Assembly (NCBI RefSeq): GCF_009914755.1
Contig: NC_060927.1
From: the human T2T-CHM13v2.0 reference genome, Homo sapiens
DNA length: 64,000 bases
Direction: 5' to 3' (one strand)
In this document: positions 46,208 through 61,899 of the stretch, in pieces
Layout of the letters: every line of letters begins with the position of its first letter
How positions within the stretch are numbered: position 1 is the stretch's first letter
Program-made: the position numbers and the translations under genes
Notes under the pieces: model-generated
Told to the model about the DNA's origin: nothing
What the model saw: the letters and a program-made list of their open reading frames with translations, nothing else
Databases searched by the model: none

Positions 46208-46771
46208 TCTGTTAGGAAGCTTTTGCCTGCAAGTAACAGAGTACCCAATTAAAGGCTTTAACAAAAAGTACATTCATTATCTCAGAACCAGATTCTGGAG
46301 GTGTGCTGATCCAGGGTTGACTAACTTAGGAGTTCAAGGATGTCATGGCTCTGGTACGACTTCACTGTAAATCTCTTGAGTCTTTATCTTGGAAACAAGA
46401 TAAACAATATGATTATCACAGAGCCAAACATCACCTCTTCTCATAGCCCCACTCAAAGCAGAAATGAAAAAGCAGTCTTCTTCTCATGGATATATCTCTT
46501 TATCTAGAAGGAAACTTTTCACAGAAGATATCAGCAAACTTCCCTTTATGCCTGAATGACTAAAACTATGTCACATTTCACTCTTAACTTACAACTGTCA
46601 ATGAGACAATGCGTTGTATGATTGTTTTTGATCATCATGGTCGGTCCCTTGAGGGCTGGGGAAGAGGTCTGTTTTCCTGTGGACTTGGCTGCTTCACACA
46701 AAAAATCAGAGCTCTGTTAACTGGGAAGAAGGAGGCAATAACTATCTAGGGCTCCTAACAGGGAGTTCCAC
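46208..46771 (-). mobile_element. Old MLT1 (K/L-like) LTR
   Basis: TTAGGA.GCTTTTG.CTGCAAGTAACAGA...AAAATCAGAGCTCTGTTA...GAAGAAGG...CCACA. Confidence 0.65.
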
Positions 46772-48597
46772 AAACAAACTATCTGTCCTTCTCAGATCTC
46801 TTAAAATATGGAATGCCTATGTGAAAATTAAATTCATGAAAAAATAATTACATGACCTTTGAATCCATGGAATAAATGGTGTATATGTCTGGCTGCATGC
46901 TTCTGATGTAGAATGCATACTTTCATGATGTTACAGAGTTTTTTTTTAAAATAGAAACTGAATAATTGGAAAATGTAGGAATGTGTACTGCGTAAAATTA
47001 CAAATACTAAATTATACTATATTACATGTCTAAATTATAAACCTTGCTTTGTCATCGTATACCTATCTATATGATCATATAATGTAAACTATAGTTAAAT
47101 CAGAGGATGTCCACCTTACCAAACAGATCACGTATCCTCATCTATGTTTGTCATATGATTTCACCATCATAATTCAGAGATAATATGAGAAATGACTGAA
47201 CCCTTTGGCCAGTTACTCTCATAAAGAAGGACTTCATATATGCTTTGCACAAATAAAAATTACTTCTTTGTTTCTGATAACGGTTTATTTACTTGAGGGG
47301 CTCAAGGGAGGGATCTAATTTTCAGCTCACATACCAGTGAGCATCTCTCTCATTGAACATTATGACTCATTTTTGTAAACAAGGAAAGCTTTATTTTCAT
47401 TCTTTTGCCTGACTTCATGGAAGCTCAGAGCCAATTTTGTGCTCAATTGAAAAAGATGTCCTTAATCATCTTCTTTTACTCTGCTTTATTATTTGGATTC
47501 ATTTTTAAACTTTAACTTTGTTTAAATATTTGATTATTCTGGAGTTTTTTTAAATCGTAGCTGCTTCAAATTATTTTTTAGAACAAGAAATGATGTAATG
47601 AATACATGCACAAACAAATGAGTGCCATCGCGCATCACTCAATACGTGTCTTTTTTTTCCCTGAATGAATGTATGTTTGGAAATTAGACGATACTGTGTT
47701 CCGTAAACTGCTGAATTTGTGGCATGAGAGGAGCAATAGGTACAATATGGTGCAATAGGATTTCAGGGAAAAGAGATAGCAGTTGTGCTTGAGTTATTTT
47801 TATGGAGATACATATTGTAGTTTGCAGACAGGTGGGAAACTAAGGCAGTGTAGGTGAGATAAATTATAAATAAATTGAATTCATTATATTTATTTTGCTG
47901 TATGAGCAGATATAAATTGTGTCTCAACTTTTTTTCCCTCCAGTTTTAGAATTCTAATAACCTCATTGCAATAACTCTTTCTTCAGTATAAAGGATCCAA
48001 AACCACAATGTAAAGGAAACATAAACTAGGAAAAGAATGGGGTTGATATCTCTCTCTGTTTCAAAGCAACTTTTGTGATGGATGTTGGTGATCTTCTTGG
48101 CTTACCTTCAGTATGTTAGAATGTGCCTTCTGAGCATCTCATCATTCCATTGACAATGCTCTATTTTCAGGCTCCATGCCTAGAGCTGTTTACACCACAG
48201 CAACCACCTCTGAACTGGGCTCCTCGCCTCCAGGAGAATTGATTTTTGAATCAAGCTTAAAATGGTAATTAGTAACTCCATCTGTGTTTAGGGTCAGGAA
48301 CAGATGCTTTTCCTTTTTGCTTTAATGGAAGATATATTTGAAGGTGGAAATATAGTGAAATAGAGTTTAAATAGATCTATATTGTGGTGGGCACTCCTGT
48401 GTCAGGTGATGACCATCATGGAAGTATGTTTTTGAGTATCTACCTGAACCCTCTTATCTGGACACAGTCCAGATGATTAGAAGGTTTATTTCACAAATCC
48501 ATTGTGAATTCATTATGGTTCATAGCAATGAGCCTAAGCTACTGCAAGTTCCTGAAACCTCTGCTAGGGAGTTAAATGTTTAATTATATTTAATAGA

Positions 48598-49263
48598 CCG
48601 TATTTTATCAAAACCAAGGAGCACTGATTCTAGAACACTGCATTTTATTCACACTGTGGAAAGAACACCCCAGTATTAATTCCACAATCGTTCTCTACTA
48701 CTTAGAATTTTTACTTTATATTTTTATAAAGGAGGATTTTTAGACAAATAGATATAGATTTTTAACATATATCCATCTTTTACATGAATAAAACATATAT
48801 TAGCAAGATGCATTAGCTTAAGAATTTAAAAAAATTTATCCTATTCAGAACCTCTTCTGAATCATTTTTTGACTCATTCATAGCCATGTTTTTCCACAGA
48901 AAATAGTATGCATGTGTTGATGATGCACTGTTTTTGAAGGGCTCCGCGATTGTCTCCAGAATTTAATTCCAAGCAGCTGATACCTTCTGAATGATTTGAT
49001 CCTGGTGTGTTGTTGATTTTACTAGAATGTGACAATGGAATGTTTTCAGACAACAACCAGAACTCATTTGCCTTCCTTAAATTGTCCTGAACTGTCAGGA
49101 GTGGTGGTTGTCTGGTCATGCTAAGAAGAATAAGAAGAATACCAACAATTTTCACATATATAGTCTATGGCTACTATGCCTCCACTACTGCTTGGCCATA
49201 AGAAATTATAAAATGCACCTTGATTTCAGATATGTTAAAGGTGTCAGAGTCAATGAAATATGG
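48598..49263 (-). mobile_element. Kanga/MER104-like TcMar-Tc2 DNA transposon with transposase remnant
   Basis: Degenerate TIRs CCGTATTTTATC (48598) and CAATGAAATATGG (ending 49263). Minus-strand translation SMTRQPPLL...DNLRKANEFWLLSENIPLSHSSKI and, after a frameshift, VSAAWN*ILETIAEPFK resemble the C-terminal part of pogo/Tc2 DDE transposases. Confidence 0.75.
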
Positions 49264-50227
49264 CAACTTTAATTATACATGATCCTCGTTTTTTAAACAA
49301 ACTAATACCATAGCGATAACTAATTAACCAAACTAATAATCTCCAAATAGATAAGAGAAACTATTGCATAATTCTTAGAAAGTATGATTAAAATATAATC
49401 CTATCTCTTTTTTTCTCTATTTGCCCTCCAATTATGTAATATATAAAATATAGCTAGTCTTAAGAAAAGAAATAATAGTAGGATGAAAACAAATGAAGAG
49501 AACTAGACCAGGAACGAAGAGACCGATGTCTGGGGAGCAGACTCTTCTAGTAACTCTCTGTGTCATTTCTAGTGATCCCTTCACTCTAGGCTTTGGTTTT
49601 CGTTTTTCAAATGTATGTTTAGGCTAATTAAAATTAAACATGTTTCCTGGCTCTAAAATCTGTTTTGGGTAAAGATAATCAGAAATAAAGTCTGTAATAA
49701 TATATTACACATTTAAGTTAGTATGATATAAATACATAATAGTGGAGGGATGTACTGTAAGCTGGTAAGCTTAAAATATATAACATGTATCATATAACTT
49801 TAAGATTTATTGTATCATATATAGCTTTAATATTTTACATGTTTTGGGAGACTTGTCCATACATATCTTACTTGTTCTTTAAAATAACTGTTAAGCAATG
49901 CAGAAGATTCAACAGAACAAAAGTAGGATTTAGGAACTCTTCTCCTCAAATATACTGGATGAGAAAGATTACTAAATAAATCACAGCCAAATAGTGGATG
50001 TAAAAGTGGGAGGAGGCAAGAAGAAAATGCATTTTCCACCAAGAACAAAGAAAACTTATGCAAGGAATTAACTATCACTATATATATAAATGTTCTTCTT
50101 TAAAAGAATTATCAGTAAGAAGCAAGAGAAAATTGACAGGTAAAAATGAAGTTTCCCTTTTTTATTTTATCATTACTGAACCATATTTTATGATTCAGTA
50201 TAAATTGGCGATGTACTATTTTATTTT

Positions 50228-50369
50228 ATATGTATATTTATATACGAATATATCTATGAATCAAATATATATATGAATCACATATATATGAATAGATATA
50301 TATATCAATATATATGAATATATATTCATATATATTGAATTCATATATATGTATTCATATATATATATA
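50228..50369. repeat. AT-rich (TA)n/TATGAA low-complexity, quasi-palindromic tract
   Basis: Directly visible in the sequence. Confidence 0.85.
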
Positions 50370-51836
50370 AATCAAAGGAAGAGAAGCCTATAGTTGGACC
50401 AGTCAGATGCTACTATTTGTGGATACATCTTGACCGTTCTTACCGTGCATTTCCACAGACAACAGCGTTTCTTCCCTGTATTGTATTTGAAAATTGCCAC
50501 TGCTCTTAAGTGGTCAGAAAGCTGGGCACTTACTTTTTGATGAATAACAAGTTCTCCAGAGGTGTGCCACTCTCCTTTCTTTCGTTGTAGCTGTAGTCAC
50601 CACAGAGAAAACACTGTGTTGCTTCTCACCTACCTGCTTTGCTTAAAAAGTGAGTTGATTTATGGAGCATGAAGAAAATCCTTCTTTTTTATTTTGGCTA
50701 GATATTCTTGAAGTTCTCTCATAATACAATTAAGATATCAAAAACATGATACAGTATTACTGAAGTAAGTAGGTTTCTATAAAATTATTAATTAAATTAT
50801 TTTAATCCTCTAGTTGTGTCACTTTGTCCTTAAGAAAAATATTCAAGATACTAGGTTTCAAGATGGAGAGTACTATTTAATGGCTTAGAGTCTCAGATCA
50901 TTAAATAGAGTTCAGAGATTATATTCATATTGTAATCACATCTTTATGACTAAATGCGTAGAATCACATTTTTTGACCTAAGGTGGTTTGTAAAACATAT
51001 TGTACAAAGGAATCATTTATTTCTAAAAACTTTAATAAATTTTCAATGGTCTTTCCAGCTGAAAAGCTGAAAGGGCCATGGTGGGTTTTAGATAACATAG
51101 GCTCACTTCCTTAGTTTACATGTGACAAAACTGAAGTCCAGAGGAAAAAAATGATTTGCTTGTTTATGCAATGGTAGAGCTGGAACCTGATCTTCACATA
51201 ATGCCTTCATGCATTAGTTTTATTTAAAGAGCAGTAATACATACATCGGCACCATATATTCTGTATATAAGTTACCATGATTACATAATTACTAGAATTT
51301 TAGAAGTATAGGTAATAATCACCAGAACTGATAAAAAAGGGGAGTCATATTTTTAGCAAAGTTAGTGGAGGAGGTATTATTTAAAGGAGATTAGGATATG
51401 AATAAATAGAGAAGAGGGAGCAAGCATTGCTTGCATAAAAGCAATAAAAATCAAGACTAAGACAGGCAGCAGGGGCAGTTGGCCATTCTAGATTCTTTCA
51501 AAAGTAAACACACACATACAACACATTGAGAAATATCATTGTAGAAAGCAAAGAAAAATGCTTATTGAAATCATACATCTTATTTAGCATTCAGTATTTT
51601 GGTTTAGGGCCTCTGCAGATTAGAAATAACAATTATACATTTATTTTGAATAAATAGTCCTCAGAAAAATTGGTTCATATTACTCATATCAGAAAGAGTT
51701 TGCGTCCACTAAAAATAAATTATTTAAAATGGAATGTATGATTTTCTGAGAATGTCTGTTTGTGACACTGGTTGATACAAAATCAAGCTGAGATTATTTG
51801 ATTGCCTGTCATCAAATGAGAAGATTCTTCTTATCA

Positions 51837-51899
51837 TTTTTGTTTTTTTTGAGACAGAGTCTCGCTCTGTTGCCCAGGCTGGAGTGCAGTGGCACAATC
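51837..51899 (-). mobile_element. Short Alu 3'-end fragment (49 bp plus T tract), no TSD seen
   Basis: GAGACAGAGTCTCGCTCTGTTGCCCAGGCTGGAGTGCAGTGGCACAATC. Confidence 0.9.
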
Positions 51900-52397
51900 C
51901 TGCCTACATATGGTTCTCTAGCCCAAGCACTCTTTCCATAAGAAATACTAGAAACGTTCTGCCTCACACAATATGTCTTCTTTTCCATGCTCCTTTTCAA
52001 CATGGTACTCCAAGCAGTCCCTCCAGATTTGATGATTGCAAGACAGAATGCCTATTTGCTTAAGGGAGAGAGAATCTAGTTGGTGCCAATCTGTCTTTTA
52101 ATGCTCATTGGTCATACTCACCATCACTTAAAAATTTTTAACATTTTTAAGGTCTGAGGGGCAATTTCAAGAGAGATGTATTCTTCCGTTTCTACTAAAT
52201 TCTATGTAAAATCAACACATCCCTCCTGACTCTCCTTGAAGTCACTCTCCATAAAAACAGCAGCTCATTTTGGGAGCCAGTGGCTAGAATAACCAGCACC
52301 TGGAGATTAGGGAGGGAATCTTTCAGAAGAGCATAAGCATGTTTTCTATAGAACTGCGTAAACATGGCCTCTATAACTTCTCAAGAATAGGCGCATT

Positions 52398-52726
<329 letters not shown>

Positions 52727-53197
52727 TCAAAATACGCTGGGAATAGTCCTGGTATGCTATTTTGAATGTCATTTCTTCACGAGCCTTCTCTAGAACCCCT
52801 AGGAAGCCTGAGATCTCACAGAACAGCCTCTCGTGGGACACTCTACCATAGAAATCTGAGAAAAACAAGAGTATGGGTGGTGCTGCTATAGGGGAGAACG
52901 AAGGTATAATCACTGGAAATGGAATAATTTGTTAGAGTGTTAGAAAGAGTATAAAGAGCCATCTTTAACATTGCAATATCTTTTATTTATCCTGCTACAC
53001 TCAGGTTTGCAAAACTGCCATATGTATACATATATATCAATATGTAAATGTGTATCTATCTACCTCTGTTTATCTTTATTAATTGAAAATTATAGTTGAA
53101 TGATTGATATGAGAAAGCCTGAGAAGAAACAATCACTTTTCTTGGAAAAAACTGTTCATATTCCATATGTACTGTAGACGGGAATGTGGAAAAACAC

Positions 53198-53241
53198 TAG
53201 AAAACGTGTCACTGGCCCCTAGAAAACGTGTCACTGGCCCC
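53198..53241. repeat. Exact 22-bp tandem duplication
   Basis: TAGAAAACGTGTCACTGGCCCC x2. Confidence 0.97.
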
Positions 53242-56076
53242 CAGGAAAATAAATCTAGCATTCATCTATCAGTCCATATATTTTTTTGCTTATCTTCATG
53301 AATATTATTTCTTTCCCCCATTTCCAACTCCTGATTTCCTGTCTCCTGATCCCTGTATCCAGTCAACAATGTCTCTTACACACGTCTCTTACATGGCATC
53401 CTTTCTGTACCTAAATCCAGAACCCAAATTCAGGATTTTCCATTGTGCTTTTGAAATGTTGCAAAAGCCTTCTAAATGCAAATATCAGCAACCAACACTC
53501 TAATATGAATAAGTTTGTCTGACTATTTCCCTCCGCCATGTGATACTTGGCTAAAAAGAATGAAACATAAAAAAGACAAGTATTGATGGGGAAGGCCAGG
53601 AAGATCAGTTTAAACCAAGATCATTGCTAGTGAGAACAAGCCTAGGTTAATGCCAGGTGCTTACTAGAAGGATGTTTTAGGGACCTGTAGGGGGGCCAAG
53701 AGGCAATCTCTGGAGAGGGTGGGAGATTGAGGAATTTGGGTCTGGGAAAGGGGTGACACAAATGAGCAAGATAAGGGGGAAAAAAACCAAACTTGTTCTG
53801 CATAATTCTTTAGCTTAATAGGTGGTACTGCTGCTAAGTTAGTACTAAAATTCATGATTCTGTGTGGACTTCACCTCTCTTTGATTTAGTTTTTCTGTCT
53901 GTAAAAAATACACTGAGAGTAGTCCTGCTAGTCTATTTTGAGTGTCATTCCTTCACCAGGCTATTCTAAAACTCTAAAAAGTATAGGGCCGTTATGGGAA
54001 TAAACAAAATAACATAGCACTTTTGCCTGGCACATAAAAATGTTCAGAAGTGTTTGCATTATCATGAGAACCCTCCATACATAAACACGGACACACTGTG
54101 CTCACCTACTAATAGCCATTTATCACGTATTTCCTAAGCACTGGGTGGGACATGGTGCTAGGCACAATGGAGAAGGCAAAGATGAGTCAAACGCTACCTC
54201 AATTGTGACAGTCCTTCTTTATTCACCTGGAGTTTTTGAAGTTAAGATATGGTGTTCTACATCCATGTTTTTGTTAATGCAGGGGAGATTGGGCTGCTTT
54301 TATTTCACTAGCACATGGAAGGAGGGATAAAGCATTTAGAAATGGTGAAATTGGCAGCTTTAGAAAATTCAAGAACTCTATCAGCATTAGAATGTGAAAA
54401 CATTTGAGTCATAGGCTTGCTAGGGGTGAGTATTTAATAGGTGCCTTTGTAAAATCTCCAAACTAGGCTGTATCATTTTCTATACATGTTTAAATCTCTT
54501 AATTACAAAGCAACTTTAATTATACATAAAGTATGCCACTTCAATCATGTTTTAATCACACATAAAAAAATTAAATTTATCCCAAAGTTATTTTCTGCAT
54601 TTCAATTCTGATTTTTAAACTCTGGCATATTCTGTACCAAAAAATTGCATTAAGCTAATGTTTATGCTTGCACATAATCCCACACTTTCAAGGCAACACT
54701 TAAAATATTCAGAAGAGCTTCACAAGAGGGAGTAGTTTAATTCTGTTGTTGACTCAGAGCCATTGTTCTTCACAGTTACAGCTCCGCTGGCATAGGCTAC
54801 ATATGGTCACTTGTTTTCTCAGTGTACAGAGTGATAATGCATTAACATTCTGGCTGGTGGTGGAGGCTGTGCTGTGCTTTAGAGAAATATAGCAGGGAAG
54901 ATGTGCTGCCTCTTTGGCAGAAAAGAGGGCAAGATCAGCATGAGAGAGCCTGCAGATTGCTATAAACTAATCATTGGGACTGTACACTGTGGTGGCTGAC
55001 CTAGAAGTCAGATCATTCCCTTACGGAGTCTAAATTTCAAACATTGTCTGTCTGTGAGTAGGACTTACATTGAAAGAGTGGTCATCAGAGAGAACTATGG
55101 ACCACAGCCACAGAAGGAAGTTTTGCCAGCTTCCTTCACCACTGCCATTCAGAGGTGCTGTTCTGGAGCCCTCGGTTGCCACTTGGAAGAGACTTTTTAT
55201 GATCCCACTTTTGCTCTAATCATGGCTATGTAGGCCCCAGGTCAAGTGGAGTGCTGGGCTGGTGACTGATGGCCCTGTCAAGGTCCATTAGAAGTAGTAC
55301 TTAAGTACTTTCTTAGGTCATTAGTATTAGGCAACAAGAATGGGGGATTTTGGCTGGGGTTTAGTAAACATGACTTTTCTTAAAGCTTTTGCAATTTCCT
55401 TTTGTGTATATGAAGTGAGGAAAAAAGGCCACGGAAGATATTAAGCATCTATTCCTACCCCGCCCTCCAAACCCCCTCATCTCTTATCTAATATTATTCC
55501 ATGTGGGATTGTGTGCCAAGAGACATTTCCAGTTATGAGGGCTTCTACCTACTTTTTCCTGCTTCTCTGGGTTACATCTGTGGTTGCGAATAGAAAAATT
55601 AATACTAGTGGCAGCACCAGAGGGAGCCACTTACACACTTTTGTTTCAAGCAGTGACGAAGCTGACAGTAAGACTTAAAATGCAGAAATATTAAGGTTTA
55701 ATTGTATTTTCTGAAAGAGAATGGCAGAAAAGTAGATGATATGTAAAATCTGTTAGCAGCAATTCCAAATTATGGGACTAGTAGCAACCACTTTATCTCT
55801 CTCACTTGAAATATTTGTGAATGGTAATTGCCTGGCTGCAATCCAGAAAGTAAATCATATTTCAAAATGTAAAATTGTGTTTGGAGCAAGAAGTATTCTC
55901 TCTGATCCTGGAATTGTCCCTCTGCAGAATACTATTAGCAAGTTTGCATGTTTGAAACCTATACCAGTTTACTGTTTTTGTAATGTTAATGATGCTACCA
56001 AAAATAAAGAATGAGGAATTAAGACTAAAACTTTTCAGATGCACATGCCAGTGCTCAATGCATTCTCTCTCACTCT

Positions 56077-56077
<1 letters not shown>

Positions 56078-56114
<37 letters not shown>
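56078..56114. repeat. (CA)n microsatellite
   Basis: Directly visible in the sequence. Confidence 0.95.
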
Positions 56115-56116
<2 letters not shown>

Positions 56117-57087
56117 GTGCACACATATTTGCACAGGTGATTTTGCTGTAGAGCATTAGAACCAGGATTTTGTAAGGACATCAGGTAAGCTTGCTCTTGA
56201 GTACTATGATAGGGTTGAGAGAATTAAAATCCTGAAAGGAAAATAGAATGTATTTATCTTTATTAGCACACTGACCTTTTTTTTTTAATGAGGAAATAGT
56301 CAAATGCATAAAGTTCTGAGTGAAACTCTCTTAATTACCACACTAACAAAATATTTCAGGAAAATATATTGATTCCAACTTCTTGGAGGGAAGGTTTCCA
56401 GCCCTTCTCTTGTTTTGTCTTGGCTGATTCTAAACCAAATTATAAAAACACTGGAAAGGAAGAATTGCTATAGTTCTTCTTTGAACAACCACAAAAAAAG
56501 CCGTATTCTTAGTACTGCTCAGCCTTCCTCCACCCCACTTTGACAGCATCGGGCATATCCAATAACATACTTTCACAAGAAGGGATTCTATGAAATTAGA
56601 TGATCTCCTTTGGCTCTGTAATGGTACTTTTTTGGCCTGATTGTGATAAGGCCTGCAGTGCATAATGCTGACAACAAATGCTTTCTTAGGTCGCTTTCCA
56701 CGTAACAGTAATTCTCTTCAAGAAAGTAATTGATTAACTGGGGTTTGTGCTACAGATGGAAAGGAGGGAATAAGAAAGATTGCTTGTGCTTGACTCCCTG
56801 GCGATATTTATCCTTCTTTTCTTTTTAAGAGTCTTTCCTTCTCCTTCTGCCTTGCCCACCCTAGCCAACATGCTTCCCTCGCAGACTGCCCATTCCTAAT
56901 CCATTTTTGGGGGAAGCGATGGACTAAGGAAGTCGGGGATGCAATGTGACTGTGATCTAGTGTCCTTCTGCCTGCAGAACTTTTAAGAACACAAATTTGC
57001 CTCTGAGACAAGGAAGTTCATATATTTTTTGTTTTATCTATCCATCCATCTACCTATTTTATTTTAATTTTAAAAATGAGACTTCTC

Positions 57088-58424
<1,337 letters not shown>

Positions 58425-59499
58425 GTGTCCATTTGTGTTTAATAGTAAAACCCTTGAAAAGAAAAGGACCTGAACATTAATGTCTTTGGGGAGAGAAAGG
58501 GAGGATGATTTAAGGAGCAACATCTCACTTTGGAAATCAGATTTGGAGGAGCAGGACCACGAAAGGTGAAGTGGGTGGTTTTGAGAAGGCCCAAGAGGGT
58601 GTGCAGCCTAGAATGACAGACAATAGGAATCAGATAAGAAAGCATCCTGAGACAGAGCAGGGAAGAGGCCCTAAGATGTCCACATATGAATAACGTCATC
58701 AGAGAAGTCCACCTGAAATCCCTAAACAAATAAATTGAAACAAGAGCCCACAATAAGATGCAGATGGAGACAAGAGGGCTATCAAGGAGGCAACTGCCAA
58801 GTGAGCCAAACTTCTCCTTGGTCTTTGATTCTTCATCAAGCAAAGTCAGAACATTTGCAGTGTTTTGAAAACCGCATTTGTTTTTCAAGCTAATTGTTAT
58901 TAAAGGGTGATTTCAAATAGTTAGATTTAACATTATTCCAAATAATTGTAGTAACTCAGTTGTATGTGGTTAAATTCTGGACCTTTGAGCAAGGCTTTCG
59001 GCAAAAACCTCCTTTGTCAAGTGCAAAATAGGCAAATTTACAGCTCCTATTATATAGGGATTGCTATTTAAATCTGAGATGGCAGGAAGTAGGAGGGGGG
59101 ATAATTTAAAGCAACTGACAGGCATTATGTCTTTCTCTGATCCTTATTTTTTAAGTTCTCAACAAGCGGTTTAGCGGTATGAAGACAAATCTCTCCCGGA
59201 AAAAGTAGAATGGAAAGAAGCTTGATGCTATGCATAGTACACTGGGATTGAAGTTGGATGATGTAGATATAAGTTGACATAGGTAAGTTTTGACTTTGCC
59301 GTATGCTAATGATTGCTGAAGGCAGTGCAACCTGGCTTTCAGTGTTTTTCCCTATAAAATAAGAAAGACAACATATTCTTGCCTGTTTCGTAGAGTAGTA
59401 TTAAAGGACCAATAGGTCAAAGTCTGAAAAGGCATTTTATATACTATTAAACTCTATATGAATATAGGATACCATTGAGTATAGCAGAGAAAAAGGTAA

Positions 59500-59770
59500 T
59501 ATATTGTAGTAGAGTCAGAAATTGGATGGATTCAGGGTATAGGCCTTAAAATCAGAGGAGCCTCTGCCATTAAGTTATTTAGTCTCTCTATGCTTCAGTT
59601 TCCCTATTGATAAAGGGAGATAAGGAGAACTCTACCTGTGGAACATTGCAAGGAGTAAATATATATATATATAGAGAGAGAGAGAGGGAGAGAGAGAGAG
59701 AGAGAGAGAGAGCTTGGTATAGAGCCTAACACACAATAAGAGTGCATACATAAAATGAATATTAGCTATT
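59500..59770 (+). mobile_element. MIR containing a (TA)n(GA)n microsatellite (59659-59712)
   Basis: AAGTTATTTAG.CTCTCTATGCTTCAGTTTCC..AT...AAAGGGAGATAA core; one of several MIR pieces at 58.9-60.1 kb. Confidence 0.7.
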
Positions 59771-61899
59771 ACCAGGTGTGATTATTGGTTGACACCACTG
59801 AGTTTATTTATCTTGGAAATGATAGATTCATGAGCGTCACAGATAAGGACCTTGAAGCTCAAGCACTTTGTTTCTATATAACACTTACATCACTTACATT
59901 ATACTTGTTGACATATAGATGGTATTTAAGCCATGAGATTAGATTACACCACCAAAGGAGTGAGCATAGATGCTCAATATATGCATTCCATTGCCCAGAC
60001 TTCTAAACTGAATAACCTCATGCAAGCTCCTTATCCCTCTAAGCCTCATTTCTTCATTTGCAAAATAGAGATAATATCTTCCTCATAGAATGAGAGGGTT
60101 TAATGAGATAGTATATGCAGAATATGCAGCACCTCATTGGAATGATTTCATTCTGTTCTTTTGGTGATAACTCAGCTTTCAGAAATGGCCCTGAAGGGCC
60201 AAAGGAAAAACAGGCAACCAGGAGCAGCGTCTTCCCATGAATTTCACTGTGTGAGTTGTTTTCCCTAACTCATATTTCTTTTGCTTTCTATTTTCTAAAA
60301 GACTCCGTGTTTCAGTTAGTTCAGAAAATATTGCTTTGATCACAAAGCTGACCCCTACTACATGTAATCCTGAGGCTTTTTCTGGTAAAAGACATGCAAA
60401 AATATACCTACAAAACAATGTGTTAATTTCTTACTTAGATATCATTCCAAAGCATGTGAGCATCAAGATTCGAAAGAAGAGGTGGGAGACATATAGTTGC
60501 AAATAATATTTGTATTCTTTAGAATTTGATATGATTAAATGGATACTGATATGGCCCAAGCACAAAGATTTCATCACTTTAATATATATAGTTAAAGTGA
60601 GTCTAATGTATTTTGAGAGACATATAAAGAAACCCAAGTATTTATTCTGAGATCTTCTACAAATAATGTTTTTGAAAGTTCATATAAAATAAATCTTTAT
60701 GATACCATGATCAAACTGTAATATTCATCTGTCTGTATGAATTCAACTCTTATGTTCAATAATGGAAATATGTGCTCTTGCAATTATAAAATTGAAACCT
60801 CTTGAGAGTACAAACTGGTAAACCTGGAAATCCATTACTTGGAATTAATAATGCATGTTATTTTTTTCATAGAAAATGATCTACCTTTTTTGTATTAGAT
60901 ATTACATTTGACATATTCTTCCATGTCTCAAGGTAATATCTATGGTGTCGCAAATTACATTTGTAATTAGTTATTCATGCCATTAAACTTAAATATACTA
61001 TAGAAGTTCAAGAGAGTTCGTAGAAGTAGAAATGAATTAAACATAAATTTTCTGATTATCTTTTTTAAATGGTCTTTTTCAATTTTAAGACTATAGAATT
61101 AAGTAATTTTAAAAGCTCACTGATTAAAACTATTTTTAAAATGTCTTGGTATGTGATACTTGAACTTAATTCTCTAAATAATCTATTTACAAAAAATAGT
61201 GATTTTCTATTTTGCTTAATTATCTGAATCATATAAGCATTTTTACTTTAATGGAAACAATAATTTTCTTTATAAAATTAGCAATTCATATTTTGCTATC
61301 ATTATGTGGATTTAAACACTCTTAGAAAATATGTATCAGACACTAATAGGAATTATTTTGAGTTGCTTAATTATCATACACCACACAGAAATGCAATAAT
61401 TCAATAACATTGCTTGCAACAATAACTTGCAATTTCAAAGATAATGATGTTTGGGTCTCTATCAGTTATACAATTATTTTGTAACTTATAAATAGTTCTT
61501 GTACATGTAACTTGTGTAACAGATATTGTAATACAAAACATAAAGGGAATGAATGCACAATATGAAATATTAAATTAACTATGTTTTTTAGGTGTTTCTT
61601 CTTAAACTAAACTTTTATGTAAACTTTCTGCCTCCCTATTCTTCTCAGACTAAGTTTTACTCATAAAATTTTGTGGCTTTTATTACTTTTATTAAACAAA
61701 TACTCATCTTAATAATGAGAAAAAAAACAATTGAGCAGATAGGAAGAAAAAAACAGAATTCTGTCATCACAAGGTAGCTCCTTTTATTCATCCATTCTCT
61801 TTCTTTTTATTTGTTTATGTGTGTGTGCATATTATTTGAAAGTATATATACATAAATAAAATATAATAAGTATATATAACAAAGATGGTATTTTAATGC

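Noticed and set aside
50873-50908. 10-bp inverted repeat CTATTTAATG/CATTAAATAG
   Set aside because: Short and AT-rich; expected by chance in 64 kb.
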